Source: Candidatus Eiseniibacteriota bacterium
GTDB lineage: Bacteria > Eisenbacteria > RBG-16-71-46 > JABDJR01
Assembly: GCA_963762255.1 (NCBI GenBank)
Contig: CAVXKA010000002.1
Span: 736,001 to 800,000 of the forward strand
DNA: 64,000 nt
Reading direction: 5' to 3'
Positions 40,908 through 52,148 of this stretch are shown one piece after another. The position numbers were made by a program, and so were the translations under genes. The notes under the pieces were generated by a model. The model had not been told where the DNA came from. It saw only the letters and a program-made list of their open reading frames with translations, and made no database searches. Within the stretch, counting starts at the first letter, position 1. Each line of letters begins with the position of its first letter.

Positions 40908-42053
40908 ATGGCCATGGACTTCCGTCTCAGCGACGAACAGAAAGCGCTTCAGGAACTGGCACGCGACTTCGCGCGGAACGAGATCGAGCCGGTCTCGGCG
41001 CATCATGACCGCACCGGCGAGTTCGCGACGGACATCTACGAGAAGGCGTTCGAGCTGGGGATCATGAACACGCACATTCCCGAGGAGTACGGCGGGCTGG
41101 GTCTCGGTGTGCTGGAGGCGTGCGTCATCGCCGAGGAGATCGCGGCCGGCTGCAGCGGCATCTATGCCTGCATGGAAGTGAACTCGCTCGCCGAGGCCCC
41201 CCTCATCGTGGCCGGCACCGACGACCAGAAGAAACGCTTCCTCACCCCCATGACCGAGAAGCTCACCTTCGCCGCCTACGCCGTCACCGAGCCCAATGCG
41301 GGGAGCGACGTCGCCGCGATCAAGACCCGCGCGGTGCGCGACGGGGAGGACTACATCCTCAACGGAAGCAAGATGTGGATCACCGGCGCCGGGCACGCCT
41401 CGTGGTTCTTCGTGCTCGCCTACACCGACCCGCAGAAGAAGTACAAGGGGATGACCGGGTTCCTGGTTCCCGCGGACCTTCCCGGCGTGCGGGTGGGCAA
41501 GAAGGAATGGAACATGGGGCAGCGGGCCTCCGACACCCGCACGGTGGACTTCGAAAACGTGCGCGTGCCGGCGGCCGACCGCCTGGGCGCGGAGGGCCAG
41601 GGATGGCTGATCGCCATGTCGGCCTTCGACCACACGCGGCCCGCGGTGGCGGCGGGCGCGGTAGGGGTCGCTCGGCGCGCCATGGAGCATGCGGTGCGCT
41701 ACGCGAAGGAGCGCGAGACGTTCGGCACGCCGATCGCCAACCACCAGACGATCTCGTTCATGATCGCCGACATGGCCAAGGAGATCGCGGCGGCGCGCCT
41801 CCTCGTTCACCATGCGGCGTGGAAGATCGACAACGGCGAGCGCAACACGCTGGAGGCTTCGATGGCCAAGTGCTTCGCCGCCGACACCGCGATGCGGGTC
41901 ACCACCGACGCGGTGCAGATCTTCGGCGGCTACGGCTACAGCACCGAGTACCCGGTGGAAAAGCTCATGCGCGATGCCAAGGTGTTCCAGATCTATGAGG
42001 GCACGAGCCAGGTCCAGCGGATCATCATGGCCCGCGAAATCCTGAAGGACTGA
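40908..42053 (+). CDS. Acyl-CoA dehydrogenase (MCAD-like)
   Basis: [29 protein letters not shown] and [12 protein letters not shown]. Confidence 0.95.
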   Translation: MAMDFRLSDEQKALQELARDFARNEIEPVSAHHDRTGEFATDIYEKAFELGIMNTHIPEEYGGLGLGVLEACVIAEEIAAGCSGIYACMEVNSLAEAPLIVAGTDDQKKRFLTPMTEKLTFAAYAVTEPNAGSDVAAIKTRAVRDGEDYILNGSKMWITGAGHASWFFVLAYTDPQKKYKGMTGFLVPADLPGVRVGKKEWNMGQRASDTRTVDFENVRVPAADRLGAEGQGWLIAMSAFDHTRPAVAAGAVGVARRAMEHAVRYAKERETFGTPIANHQTISFMIADMAKEIAAARLLVHHAAWKIDNGERNTLEASMAKCFAADTAMRVTTDAVQIFGGYGYSTEYPVEKLMRDAKVFQIYEGTSQVQRIIMAREILKD

Positions 42054-42055
42054 CC

Positions 42056-42619
42056 ATGTTTGCTCTCTTCTGGCTCTTCGTCCTCGTCGTGCTCTTCTGG
42101 CTGGCGTTCATCTTCAACCATCTCGTCGCGCTCCGGAATCGCGCCAAGGCGGCATGGTCGGACATCGATGTTCAGCTCAAGCGCCGGCACGACCTGATCG
42201 GAAACCTGGTGGAGACGGTGAAAGGGTACGTGCAGCACGAGCGGAGCACGCTGGAAGAGGTGGTCCGGGCACGCACCGTGGCCGAGACCGCCCGTGACGC
42301 GGGGAAACCGGGGGAGGCGGGAGCGGCGGAGAACGCCCTCGGGGGGCAGGTTCGGGGGCTTTTCGCCCTGGCTGAGGCATATCCCGATCTCAAGGCCAGC
42401 GATCGATTCCTGGACCTGCAGCGCGCCCTCACCACGGTCGAGAACGACCTGCAGAACGCTCGTCGCTACTACAACGCGGTGGTGCGCGACTTCAACACAC
42501 GGGTCCAGTCGTTTCCAGACCTTCTGGTGGCGCGGCCCCTGGGTTTTCGCGAGCGCGAGTTCTTCGAACTCGATGACGCCGCCGAGGCCCAGGCCCCGCG
42601 CGTGGAGATGAAATCATGA
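42056..42619 (+). CDS. lemA: LemA family protein
   Basis: N-terminal TM; WSDIDVQLKRRHDLI, EAYPDLKA and ARRYYN. Confidence 0.95.
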   Translation: MFALFWLFVLVVLFWLAFIFNHLVALRNRAKAAWSDIDVQLKRRHDLIGNLVETVKGYVQHERSTLEEVVRARTVAETARDAGKPGEAGAAENALGGQVRGLFALAEAYPDLKASDRFLDLQRALTTVENDLQNARRYYNAVVRDFNTRVQSFPDLLVARPLGFREREFFELDDAAEAQAPRVEMKS

Positions 42620-44379
42620 ACAGCCGCGTTCGCGGCCTGGCCTTGGTGCTCGCCCTCGCCGCCGTCACAGCGACAGCACCCCGTGCCGCCCGCGCCGACG
42701 AGAGCGCCTACGTCATCCGGCGCTTCCACACCGACCTCGCCGTGCAGGCCGACGGCCTCGTCCGAGTCGAGGAGCGGCTCGAGGTGGAGTTCGCCGAGCC
42801 CCGCCACGGCATCTACCGCACGATTCCCATCCGGTACACCGATCCCAAGGGGTACGCGTATTCGTTGGGCTTCCGGCTCCTGGACGTGCATGACGAGAAC
42901 GGCGCGATCCACAAGGCGCAGGTTAGTCACAAGGGGCGCTACGTCGACATCCGCATCGGCGACGCGAACCGCACAGTGATGGGGCGCACTGTCTACGTGA
43001 TCCGCTACGAGCTTCGCGACGCGCTCGCCCACTTCCCCAACTCCGACGAGCTCTACTGGAACGCCACCGGGAACGAATGGCGCACACCCATCGAGGTGGC
43101 CTCGGCTACGGTGCGGCTCCCCGCCGGGCTCCCGGCCGACTCGCTGCAGGCCGCGGCCTATACCGGACTCTTCGGGAGCACCGAGCGCAACGTGCGCATC
43201 GCATATCCGGGGCCGGGGGTCGTCCACTTCGAAGCTCTGGCGCCGCTGGCTCCGCTCGAAGGGCTCACCGTGGCGGTCGCATGGCCCCCCGGCTACGTTC
43301 GGGTGCCCTCCGCCGTGGCTCGAACGCAAGGGTTCTTCGGAAACAACTGGATCCTCCTCGCGCCGTTGCTCGCGCTTGGCTTTTTGTTGCGCCGCTACTT
43401 GCGAAGCGGGCGCGATCCCCGGGGGCCGGCAGCCGTGATGGTTCGCTACGAACCCCCGCCCGGCGTGACCGCCGGCGGCGTGGGAACGGTGGTGGACGAG
43501 CGGGTCGATCTCCGCGACATCACGGCCACCGTGGTGGATCTGGCGATCCGTGGATACCTCACGATCCGCGAGGAGGAGAAGGAGCTGCTATTCGGCCTCA
43601 CGACCCGACGCACCACCGTGTTCGAGCGCAAGCGGGAGAGCGCGACCGCCGGCCTTCTCCCCCACGAGCAGAAGGTGCTCAACGGGCTCTTCGAGTCCGG
43701 CGACGTGGCGGATGTCGACGATCTGAAGCAGAAGTTCTACCAACACATCCCGGCCATCCGCGATGCCCTCTACGAGCGCATGGTTGAGAAGGGGTACTTC
43801 TCCGGCAAGCCGGCCTCGGTGCGCCAGCGCTACGTGGGATTCGGGTTTCTCGCCGGCTTGGCGACGTTCGGCATCGGCGCGATCTGGGCATCCTCGCGTG
43901 GCGGGATCATGCCGAACGCGCTCGGCGTCCCGGTCGTCTCCGGAGTACTCACCGCCATCCCCTTCTTCGCCTTCGCTCCCGCAATGCCCCGCCGCACGAA
44001 GGCCGGCGTCGAACTGCGAAACTGGGCGCTGGGCTTCGAGGAGTTCGTGAGCCGGGTCGAAAAGGAGCGCATCGAGGCCGACCGCGCACAGAACGTCTTC
44101 GAGACCCTTCTACCCTACGCGATGGCACTCGGAGTCGCCGCGGCATGGGCGCGCAAGTTCGAGGGGATCTACGCCGCGGGGAGCGGACCGGCGTGGTACG
44201 TCGGCCCGCAATTCGGAAGCGGCTTCTCCACGCGCAGCTTCGAGCAGAGCCTCTCCGGCGCGATGACGCGCGCCGGACAGGGCATGGCCGCGGCGCCGCG
44301 CTCCAGTGGATCGAGCGGTGCGGGAGGCGGCGGATTTTCCGGCGGGGGCGGCGGCGGCGGTGGCGGAGGGTCCTGGTAG
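42616..44379 (+). CDS. DUF2207 membrane protein
   Basis: HGIYR.IP, DELYWNATG, LPYAMALGV and a Gly-rich GGGGGGSW terminus; usual lemA partner. Confidence 0.92.
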   Translation: MNSRVRGLALVLALAAVTATAPRAARADESAYVIRRFHTDLAVQADGLVRVEERLEVEFAEPRHGIYRTIPIRYTDPKGYAYSLGFRLLDVHDENGAIHKAQVSHKGRYVDIRIGDANRTVMGRTVYVIRYELRDALAHFPNSDELYWNATGNEWRTPIEVASATVRLPAGLPADSLQAAAYTGLFGSTERNVRIAYPGPGVVHFEALAPLAPLEGLTVAVAWPPGYVRVPSAVARTQGFFGNNWILLAPLLALGFLLRRYLRSGRDPRGPAAVMVRYEPPPGVTAGGVGTVVDERVDLRDITATVVDLAIRGYLTIREEEKELLFGLTTRRTTVFERKRESATAGLLPHEQKVLNGLFESGDVADVDDLKQKFYQHIPAIRDALYERMVEKGYFSGKPASVRQRYVGFGFLAGLATFGIGAIWASSRGGIMPNALGVPVVSGVLTAIPFFAFAPAMPRRTKAGVELRNWALGFEEFVSRVEKERIEADRAQNVFETLLPYAMALGVAAAWARKFEGIYAAGSGPAWYVGPQFGSGFSTRSFEQSLSGAMTRAGQGMAAAPRSSGSSGAGGGGFSGGGGGGGGGGSW

Positions 44380-44464
44380 CCCCCAATCGCAGAGACTGCG
44401 CGTTTTCTGTGTGATAAAATGGCAATTGCTTCCCACCCCCATGCAATCACCGGGAGGGAACGCC

Positions 44465-47400
44465 ATGTCTTGCCGACGTTCGCTGGTTCTCGTCGCCGCC
44501 CTTCTCATCGCGCTTGTGTGCGTGATCCCGACCGATGCGGTTTGGGCGGGCACCCAGGATGGCTCCGCGCTCGCGCTCCACGTCAAGGCCCACACGTCCA
44601 AGAGCACGACGGCCTGCACGACGTGGGCTCCCACGATCCCCTGCTCGGACTACGTCACCGCCTGGCCGATCGGGGTGGCTGCGGACGTCTATCTGACGGT
44701 GGTTCGCGGCCAACTGGAGCCCGGCATCGCCGGCCTCTCCTGCGGCATCGACTACACCACCACTCCCGGTGCCGGAGTGGACGTCTCAGGCTACACGCTC
44801 TGTGGCGATCTGGAGTTTACGAACGCCGGGGCCAACGGCGAGTGGCCGGCTGCCGGCGGTGGTAATCGGATCGTCTGGGACAGGCTCGACAACTGCCAGC
44901 GCACGTTGATGGGTAGCGACGGCGTCCACGCCGTCGCCTGCGCGTTCTACGTCTACGCCTACAGCGAGGACCAGTTCAGGGTCATCCCCAATGCCAACCT
45001 CCAGTCGGGGCCCGAAATCATGGTGGCCGACTGCAGGTCCTCGGAATCGAGGGTAACGACCGCGGCATCCGGGACCGTGTTCTTCTCCGCCGCGGCATCC
45101 GGCGGCTGCAACCCGTGTACAGACGCGTGTGATGAGGGGAGCGCCTGTTTCGTCACCCCGAAGATCATCGACTTCGGCACCGTCGCCCCTGGAGAGAGCA
45201 TCGAGAAGAGCTTCACCATCAACAACCAGTCCACGATCGTGACGTCGGGAGCGGTCGCGGATACCTGTCCGGATTTCGAGGTCGTGTCGGGAGGCGGGTC
45301 TTACACCCTGCTGCCAGGAGAATCCCGTGAGGTCGTGGTCCGCTTCGCGCCCACCGACTGGGACGGGAGTTCCTGCATCATCTCGACTGGAGCCCTTTGC
45401 CAGGGAGTGCGGTGCGCCGGAAACCTCGGGGTGCGGTGCGAATTCAGCCCCGAATCGCTTTCCTTCGGCGAGGTCGCCCTCGGCGAATACGCGGACCGGT
45501 CGTTCACGATCACCAGTACGGGATCGGTCCCCCTTCAGGTGGGGCCGACGAGTCCCTGCAGCGAGTTCTCGATCCTGAGCGGGGGCGGGATCGGCCAACT
45601 CGATCCCGGGCAGTCCCGCACGGTGATCATCAGATTTGCCCCAACCGCCCTCGGCACGCGGACATGCTCGATCTACACAGGAACTACGTGCGTCTCCGTG
45701 CCGTGCGCAGGAACCGGAGTTTCCCGATGCCGGGTCACTCCCACGACGATCGCCTTCGGCTCGGTGCTCGCCGGTGAGTTCCTCGACCGGAGCTTCACAA
45801 TCACCAACGTGCAGGCGAGCCATACGCTTGCGGTGAATGTCAGCGCCACGTGCACAGCCTTCTCAATCATCGCCGGCGGAGGCTTCGCCATCTTGCTTCC
45901 CGGAGAGAGCCGCACCGTCACCCTCCGCTTCGCCCCGGTCACCCGCGGCAGCTACACCTGCGAGGTCCGGACAGGGTCGGCCGACTGCGGGGTCGTGACC
46001 TGCTCCGGGTCCGCTCACTTGCTGTGTACCGTGTCCCCGACCGCGCTGGACTTTGGGACGGTTCCCATCTGGTACTTTGCCGACCGAACATTCTGGATTA
46101 CAGCGACCGGCGCTGCGCAGACCGGAGAGGTGACCCTGACCGGTGAGGATTTCTCCATTCTGAGCGGGGGGGGATACTACTCGCTGGCGAAGGGCGCCTC
46201 ACGCCAGGTCGTGGTGCGTTTCCAGCCCACCACTGTCGGACTGCACACGTGCACGATCGAAACCGGCAACTCCGAGTGCGGGGGGGTGACCGGCACTGGA
46301 GAGGGCGAGCTTTCGGCCGGTTACCAGGAGAGCGCGGTCATCACCTTCCATACGAAATCGCACACGACGAAAGCGACTACTGTGTGCGTACCGGCTCAAT
46401 CGGGCGGGCCGGCCCCCACCGATATTCCATGCACCGAGTACGTGACCAGCGCGGGCACCGAGACGAACTACGACATCTACATCATGGTGGCGCGGGTCGA
46501 CGGGGAGGATGGGATTTCCGGGGCGGCCTTCGGGATCACCTACAACGGCACCATGGGGGCGGGAGCCGACGTATTCGGATGGACGAGCTGCTCCGACATC
46601 GAACAAACTGGCGCGGGATGGCCGGATGCCGGGACCGGGCTCGAGATGTCGTGGTCACCGATCGACAACTGCCAACGGACGACGCTCCCTGATCATCCGG
46701 AGGAAGGGGCAGTCGCTGCGGTCGGGGCCCTGTACGTCTATGCATACGGTGCGGACAGACTGGACCTCACCGCGCGGCAGGATGTGCCTACCCGAAACCT
46801 CTCCATCATGGACTGCGACGGTGTGGTAAGTGTCCTCTCCCCCGAACGGGTGGGGAATGTTGCCTTCTCGCCGTCGGCCCTCGAGCCCGGATACAACCCC
46901 TGCAACGACAACCCGCCTACAGCGGTTTCGATCCTGACGTTCACCGCGATCCGTGTGGACGAGGGAGCTGAACTGCGCTGGCGCACCGCCGGTCTTGAAT
47001 CCGACCACGCCGGCTTCGAGATCCATCGCGAGACCGCCACCGGCGAGCGGGTCACACTTGACGGTCCGATCGCGGTGGACGAAGAGGGCTACGCCTTCAT
47101 CGACAACGATCCCCCGTCCGTCGAGACCCGCTACTGGCTCGCCGAGCGTTCCCGCGCCGGCGACGTCACTTGGTTCGGCCCCGCGGTCCTGGCCCCCGGC
47201 GTGCCGAGCGGGATCGGGTTCAGGGTCCTGAGTGTCGGCCCCAGCCCGTTCACCACGGTGAGCCGCTTCGCGTTCCGCACCGGTCAAGACGGGCCGGTCA
47301 CCGTGCGCGTGCTCGACGCGATGGGTCGCGAGGTGGCGCGTCCACAGGACGGGGCGCTGCCGGCCGGCACGCACGACGTGACCTGGGACGGCCGTACCGC

Positions 47401-47497
47401 GAACGGACAAGCCGCTCCCGCGGGGGTCTATCTCTATCGGATCGAGACGCCCCACGGTGTCGCGTCTGGGAAAATCGTGCTCATTCGAGGAAGGTAG
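44465..47497 (+). CDS. Large secreted protein: two Cys-rich unnamed domains flanking four choice-of-anchor-D/ASH Ig repeats, with FlgD-Ig/T9SS-like CTD
   Basis: Signal peptide; four copies of P....FG.V......[KR][ST]F.I.....V.[LV]RF.P; PSPF...V.D..GR.V...GTHDVTWDG...AGVYLYR...K.VL.R. Confidence 0.85.
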   Translation: MSCRRSLVLVAALLIALVCVIPTDAVWAGTQDGSALALHVKAHTSKSTTACTTWAPTIPCSDYVTAWPIGVAADVYLTVVRGQLEPGIAGLSCGIDYTTTPGAGVDVSGYTLCGDLEFTNAGANGEWPAAGGGNRIVWDRLDNCQRTLMGSDGVHAVACAFYVYAYSEDQFRVIPNANLQSGPEIMVADCRSSESRVTTAASGTVFFSAAASGGCNPCTDACDEGSACFVTPKIIDFGTVAPGESIEKSFTINNQSTIVTSGAVADTCPDFEVVSGGGSYTLLPGESREVVVRFAPTDWDGSSCIISTGALCQGVRCAGNLGVRCEFSPESLSFGEVALGEYADRSFTITSTGSVPLQVGPTSPCSEFSILSGGGIGQLDPGQSRTVIIRFAPTALGTRTCSIYTGTTCVSVPCAGTGVSRCRVTPTTIAFGSVLAGEFLDRSFTITNVQASHTLAVNVSATCTAFSIIAGGGFAILLPGESRTVTLRFAPVTRGSYTCEVRTGSADCGVVTCSGSAHLLCTVSPTALDFGTVPIWYFADRTFWITATGAAQTGEVTLTGEDFSILSGGGYYSLAKGASRQVVVRFQPTTVGLHTCTIETGNSECGGVTGTGEGELSAGYQESAVITFHTKSHTTKATTVCVPAQSGGPAPTDIPCTEYVTSAGTETNYDIYIMVARVDGEDGISGAAFGITYNGTMGAGADVFGWTSCSDIEQTGAGWPDAGTGLEMSWSPIDNCQRTTLPDHPEEGAVAAVGALYVYAYGADRLDLTARQDVPTRNLSIMDCDGVVSVLSPERVGNVAFSPSALEPGYNPCNDNPPTAVSILTFTAIRVDEGAELRWRTAGLESDHAGFEIHRETATGERVTLDGPIAVDEEGYAFIDNDPPSVETRYWLAERSRAGDVTWFGPAVLAPGVPSGIGFRVLSVGPSPFTTVSRFAFRTGQDGPVTVRVLDAMGREVARPQDGALPAGTHDVTWDGRTANGQAAPAGVYLYRIETPHGVASGKIVLIRGR

Positions 47498-47546
47498 CTG
47501 AGCCGGACCAAGCGTCATCCTGCCGCGCGCATGGCACCCGAGGACC

Positions 47547-48779
47547 CTACCGCGTCTCTGGCGGCAGCTCCACGCCCGCCAGCTCGGCCACGCGCAGCAT
47601 GACCGCAGCCAGCCGCGTGTCGGGCGTCGAGGCTCCGGCGGTGAAGCCCACGCGGATCGGGCCCTCGGCGGGAAGCCAGCCGGATGATTCCACGACTTCG
47701 GAGGCGCCCACCGGCTGATGGCGAATACGGTCGGCGGCGAGGCTCGTATCGTCCTCGATGTGAAAGGTGGGCACGCCGGCGCGCACCGCGATGCGGGCGA
47801 GATTGCGCGTGTTGGACGAGTTGTATCCGCCCACGACCAGCATGAGATCGACGCGCCCGCCCGACACCAGCGCCAGCATCGCGTCCTGATTCTCCTGGGT
47901 CGCATTGCAGATGGTGTCGAAGTCGCGGAAGCGATCCTCCACCGCCTGCTCCCCGCCGCGCCGGCCGATCGCCGCCTCGATCATGCGCCCGATCTCCCGG
48001 CTCTCGCTGGCGAGCATCGTGGTCTGGTTGATGAGCGCCACGCGGTCCAGATCGCGCTCGGGATCGAATCCCGGCGAGGCTCCGCGGCCCAGTTCTTCCA
48101 TCAACGCGGCGGCGGGCGCGCGTCCGTCCAGAAAGTCGCAGAGCACTCGGGCCTCTTCCGGATCGCGCACGATCAGGTACTTCCCGCCTTCGTGCAGGAT
48201 TAAGCTGCACGTGGCGCGCGTCTCGTCGTGGCCCAGGGTGGCGTGAATCACCGTGGTATAGCCCGCCTCGATGTTGCGCTTGGTGCGCAGGTGCGGCTTC
48301 AAGACCCACGGGCACGTCGTGTCGATGATCGTGCACCCGATGGCCTGCAGCCGTTGCACATCCTCCACCTCGGCGGAGAAGGCGGGGATGATGGCCACGT
48401 CGTCCGCGGTGAGCGCCTCGAATCCGCCTCCATCCGCGTAGGCGCCCTTGATGAAACGCGCGCCGCGGCGCAGAAAGTCCCGATTCACTCCCGGGTTGTG
48501 GATGATCTCGTTCAACACCCAGATGCGCTTGCCGGGATACGCCGCGATCGCGTGCTCGACGATGTCCACGGCCTTGTCCACGCCCCAGCAGAACCCGAAT
48601 CGCTCCGCGCAGGCGATGGTGAGCCGCCCGGCGGTGAGGGTGTAGCCGTGCGCGCGCAGATGATCGACCAGCGGACTCGCATAGCTCTGGCGGTCGTCCG
48701 CCGAGGAGCCCGCCTTGCCCTCGGCGGCGCCCCGCACGAGGTTCGTGCCCTTGATGATCCCGCCAGCGTCCTTCGCCAT
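47547..48779 (-). CDS. ispH: 4-hydroxy-3-methylbut-2-enyl diphosphate reductase
   Basis: FGFCWGV, IIHNP, DTTCPWV, NQTT, DTICNATQENQ, SSNT and TAGASTPD. Confidence 0.95.
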   Translation of the reverse strand: MAKDAGGIIKGTNLVRGAAEGKAGSSADDRQSYASPLVDHLRAHGYTLTAGRLTIACAERFGFCWGVDKAVDIVEHAIAAYPGKRIWVLNEIIHNPGVNRDFLRRGARFIKGAYADGGGFEALTADDVAIIPAFSAEVEDVQRLQAIGCTIIDTTCPWVLKPHLRTKRNIEAGYTTVIHATLGHDETRATCSLILHEGGKYLIVRDPEEARVLCDFLDGRAPAAALMEELGRGASPGFDPERDLDRVALINQTTMLASESREIGRMIEAAIGRRGGEQAVEDRFRDFDTICNATQENQDAMLALVSGGRVDLMLVVGGYNSSNTRNLARIAVRAGVPTFHIEDDTSLAADRIRHQPVGASEVVESSGWLPAEGPIRVGFTAGASTPDTRLAAVMLRVAELAGVELPPETR

Positions 48780-50807
48780 CACCGCAGGTGTTTCTCGAAC
48801 CATCCCGCGATCCGGTTGAGCCGCTCCAACCGGTTCTGGGGCCGTCCGCCGCGGGAGAGACCGTGGCTCTCTCCTTCGAACCGGATGAACTCCACCTCCC
48901 GCTTCAACACCTTGAGCGCGGTGAACAGCTCCTCCGCCTGCGAGACCGGGCAGCGATGGTCCTCTTCACTGTGCACGATGAGGAGCGGGGTCTTCATGTT
49001 GCGTACGTAGTGGATGGGCGACATGCGCAGGTAGAAGAGCGCCGAGGCCTCGTCATCCCAAGGCTTGCCCGAGATCTCGCCTTCCAGATCGAAACCGTAG
49101 TCGCTCGATCCGTACATGGAGTAGAGATTCACGACGCTGCGCTGCGTGACCGCGGCCCGGAAGCGATCCGTGTGCCCAATGATCCAGTTGGTCATGAAGC
49201 CGCCGTAGGAGCCGCCGGTCACGCCGAGACGCGCGGCGTCGACATAGGGAAGACTCACCAGGTGATCGGTCACCTTCATCATGTCCACGTAGTCGGGGCC
49301 GCCCCAGTCCTTCCAGATCGTCCTGGTGAAGGCCTCGCCGTAGCCCTGGCTCCCCTGCGGGTTGGTCCAGATCACGACGTTGCCGCGAGCGGCGAGCAAC
49401 TGCATCTCGTGAAAGAAGGCATGCCCGTACATCATGTGCGGACCGCCGTGGATCTCGAGAATGGCCGGGTAGTTCTTCCCGGGCTCGAACGTCGTACGGC
49501 TTGAGAATCCAGCCCTGCACCTTCACGCCGGGAGCAGTGTCGATCCAGATCTCGTCGGGCTCGCCGATGTGATACGTCTCCCGATACGAGCGGTTGTGAT
49601 CGGTGAGGATGCGCGGCTCTCCCCCCTTCGGGAGGTCGAGCACTGCGATCTCGGAGGGGCGCGTGTGGGTGGTGGCAAGGAGAGCGAGGCGGCCCACGGA
49701 TCCATCGGCGGAGAACCCCGAGAGCCCGCGCCCGGGCGGCGTCAGGCGCGCCACGTTCCCACCCTGCGCGCCCACACGACAGAGCAACGTGCTCCCGCTG
49801 TCGCTCAGAACGAAGTACACGTGCTTGCCGTCCCGGGACCAGATCGGCGGCTCCATGCCGTCCCCCGCTTCACGGGTGTCGCCGATGATGAAGTCGCCGG
49901 CAGTGCGGCCGAGCTGCGGGGTGAGGTCTGTCGGCTCGCCCCCTGCGACCGGGATCGCCCAGACATGGGCGTCCATCCATCCCGCGGTCCCCTTCTCGCC
50001 GAAGCTCCCGAGGAAGGCGATGGTCTTGCCGTCGGGCGAGAACGAGGGCGCAGTATTGGGTCCGAAACTCTGCGTGAGCCTCGTCACCGGACCGCCGTCG
50101 GTCGGGATCGTGCAGATGTCCAGGTTGTCGTAGTTGAGGTGCGCGTCCTCGAGCCGGTTCGATGCGAACGCGATCTGCTTGCCGTCCGGAGAGAACACCG
50201 GTTGCGCGTGATCGAATTCGCCCTCGGTGAGTTGCCGCGCAACGCCGCTCGCAACATCGACCACATGAAGATGCTGGTGCGAATCGAAGAGGAAGCCCAT
50301 GCCGTCCTCTTTGAAGTGCGCCGACGTGAGGACCTTGTAGGCGTGCCGCTTGGCCAGCTCGCCTTTCTTCTCCGCCTCGCGGCGTGCCTTCTCCTCGTCG
50401 CTGATCGCCCGGAAGGCGATCACCAGACGCTTCCCGTCCGGAGACCAAGACACCGCGCCGATGGAGCCGTCCAAGTCGGTGAGCCGCTTGGCCTCGCCGC
50501 CGTCCAGCGAAAGCAGATAAACCTGCTGGCGCTTCTCGTGCCGGTTCGAGACGAACGCGAGCGTGCGGCCGTCCGGCGACCAGCGGGGCATGACGTCGCT
50601 CGAATCCCCGAAGGTGAGGCGCCTCGGCTCGCCCCCGTCAAATGGGACCAGATAAAGGCTTGTGACGTACTTGTTCTCCGCCAGCCGCGCTTCCTTGACG
50701 GTATAGGCGACGTGCTTGCCGTCCGGCGCAATCCGAGAGTCGCCGACGAAGGCGATTTCGAACAGAGATTCCGCGGTGACAGATTTTTTGCGGCCGTTGC
50801 CGGTCAT
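48779..50807 (-). CDS. S9 family (acylaminoacyl/dipeptidyl) peptidase (frameshift at about 49490)
   Basis: WSPDG propeller repeats; IHGGPH, GGSYGG, HSEEDHRC and ESH catalytic motifs. Confidence 0.9.
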
Positions 50808-51017
50808 TTCCGAACCTCCTCGAGGATGACATGAAGACAAACGAGAATAGCATGCGGAGACGCGCGCGGGCAGACGCCGGAGACATGCCGCGCAGATCCA
50901 TCGCTCCGCGCTCTCGCAGCGTGGACCGCGCGGCCCCTGCTATGATTCCTCCGCTTTCTGGTCGAATCCGGCGGGTGCCGGTGGCGCACCTCGAGGGATC
51001 GCCGCAAGGAGGTTGGG

Positions 51018-52133
51018 ATGATTGTCGGAGTGCCTAAGGAGATCAAAGCGGACGAGAACCGGGTGGCCCTACTCCCCGTGGGAGCGGAGCAGCTCATCGC
51101 CCGCGGTCACAGGGTGCTGGTGGAGACGCAGGCCGGCGTGGGGAGCGGCTTCTCCGACGAGGACTACAAGGCCGCCGGCGCGGAGATCGTAAAGACCGCG
51201 GCCGAGGTGTACCAGAAGGCCGAGATGATCGTGAAGGTGAAGGAGCCGCTTGCCGCGGAGTACAAGCTCCTGCGCGACGGCCAGATCGTCTTCACCTATT
51301 TCCACTTCGCGGCGGGCGAGGAACTCACCAAGGCCGTGCGCGATTCGAAGTGCGTGGCCATCGCCTACGAGACCGTGCAGCTTCCGAGCATGGAACTTCC
51401 GCTCCTCACGCCCATGAGCGAGGTCGCGGGCCGCATGGCCATCCAGGAGGGGGCGGTGTTCCTCGAGTACCGACGTGGCGGGCGCGGCGTGCTACTCGGC
51501 GGCGTCCCCGGAGTGCTCCCCGCTGCGGTGACTATTCTCGGCGGCGGCGTGGTCGGCACTAATGCAGCCAAGATGGCGGCAGGGCTGGGCGCCGACGTGA
51601 TCATCCTCGACATCAACCTCGAGAGGCTACGCCACCTCGACGACGTCATGCCCAAGAACGTGCGCACGATGATGTCGAACCCGGCCAACATCCGCGAATG
51701 CATCTCCCGCTCCGACCTCGTGGTGGGCGCGGTGCTCATCCCCGGCGGACGGGCGCCGTGGCTCGTGACCAAGGACATGCTCAAGCTCATGAAGCAGCGG
51801 GCGGTGATCGTGGACGTGGCGGTGGATCAGGGCGGGTGCATCGAGACCACCAGGGCCACCTACCATCACGACCCGGTGTACACGGTGGACGGCGTGGTCC
51901 ACTACTGCGTGGCCAACATGCCGGGCGCCGTACCCCACACGAGCACGCTGGCGCTGACCAATGCCACCCTCCCCTACGCGCTCAAGCTGGCCGATCTTGG
52001 CTGGAAGGACGCGGTGCGCAAGAACGCTGATCTCGCGCTGGGAGTGAACATGGTGGGTGGGGAGGTCACCTACGAGGCGGTGGCGCAGGCCTTCAAGCTG
52101 CCCTACACGCCGCTCACGCAAGTGCTGAACTAG
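51018..52133 (+). CDS. ald: Alanine dehydrogenase
   Basis: [38 protein letters not shown] and VANMPGAV. Confidence 0.97.
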   Translation: MIVGVPKEIKADENRVALLPVGAEQLIARGHRVLVETQAGVGSGFSDEDYKAAGAEIVKTAAEVYQKAEMIVKVKEPLAAEYKLLRDGQIVFTYFHFAAGEELTKAVRDSKCVAIAYETVQLPSMELPLLTPMSEVAGRMAIQEGAVFLEYRRGGRGVLLGGVPGVLPAAVTILGGGVVGTNAAKMAAGLGADVIILDINLERLRHLDDVMPKNVRTMMSNPANIRECISRSDLVVGAVLIPGGRAPWLVTKDMLKLMKQRAVIVDVAVDQGGCIETTRATYHHDPVYTVDGVVHYCVANMPGAVPHTSTLALTNATLPYALKLADLGWKDAVRKNADLALGVNMVGGEVTYEAVAQAFKLPYTPLTQVLN

Positions 52134-52148
52134 ACGAGAGGAGCAACG

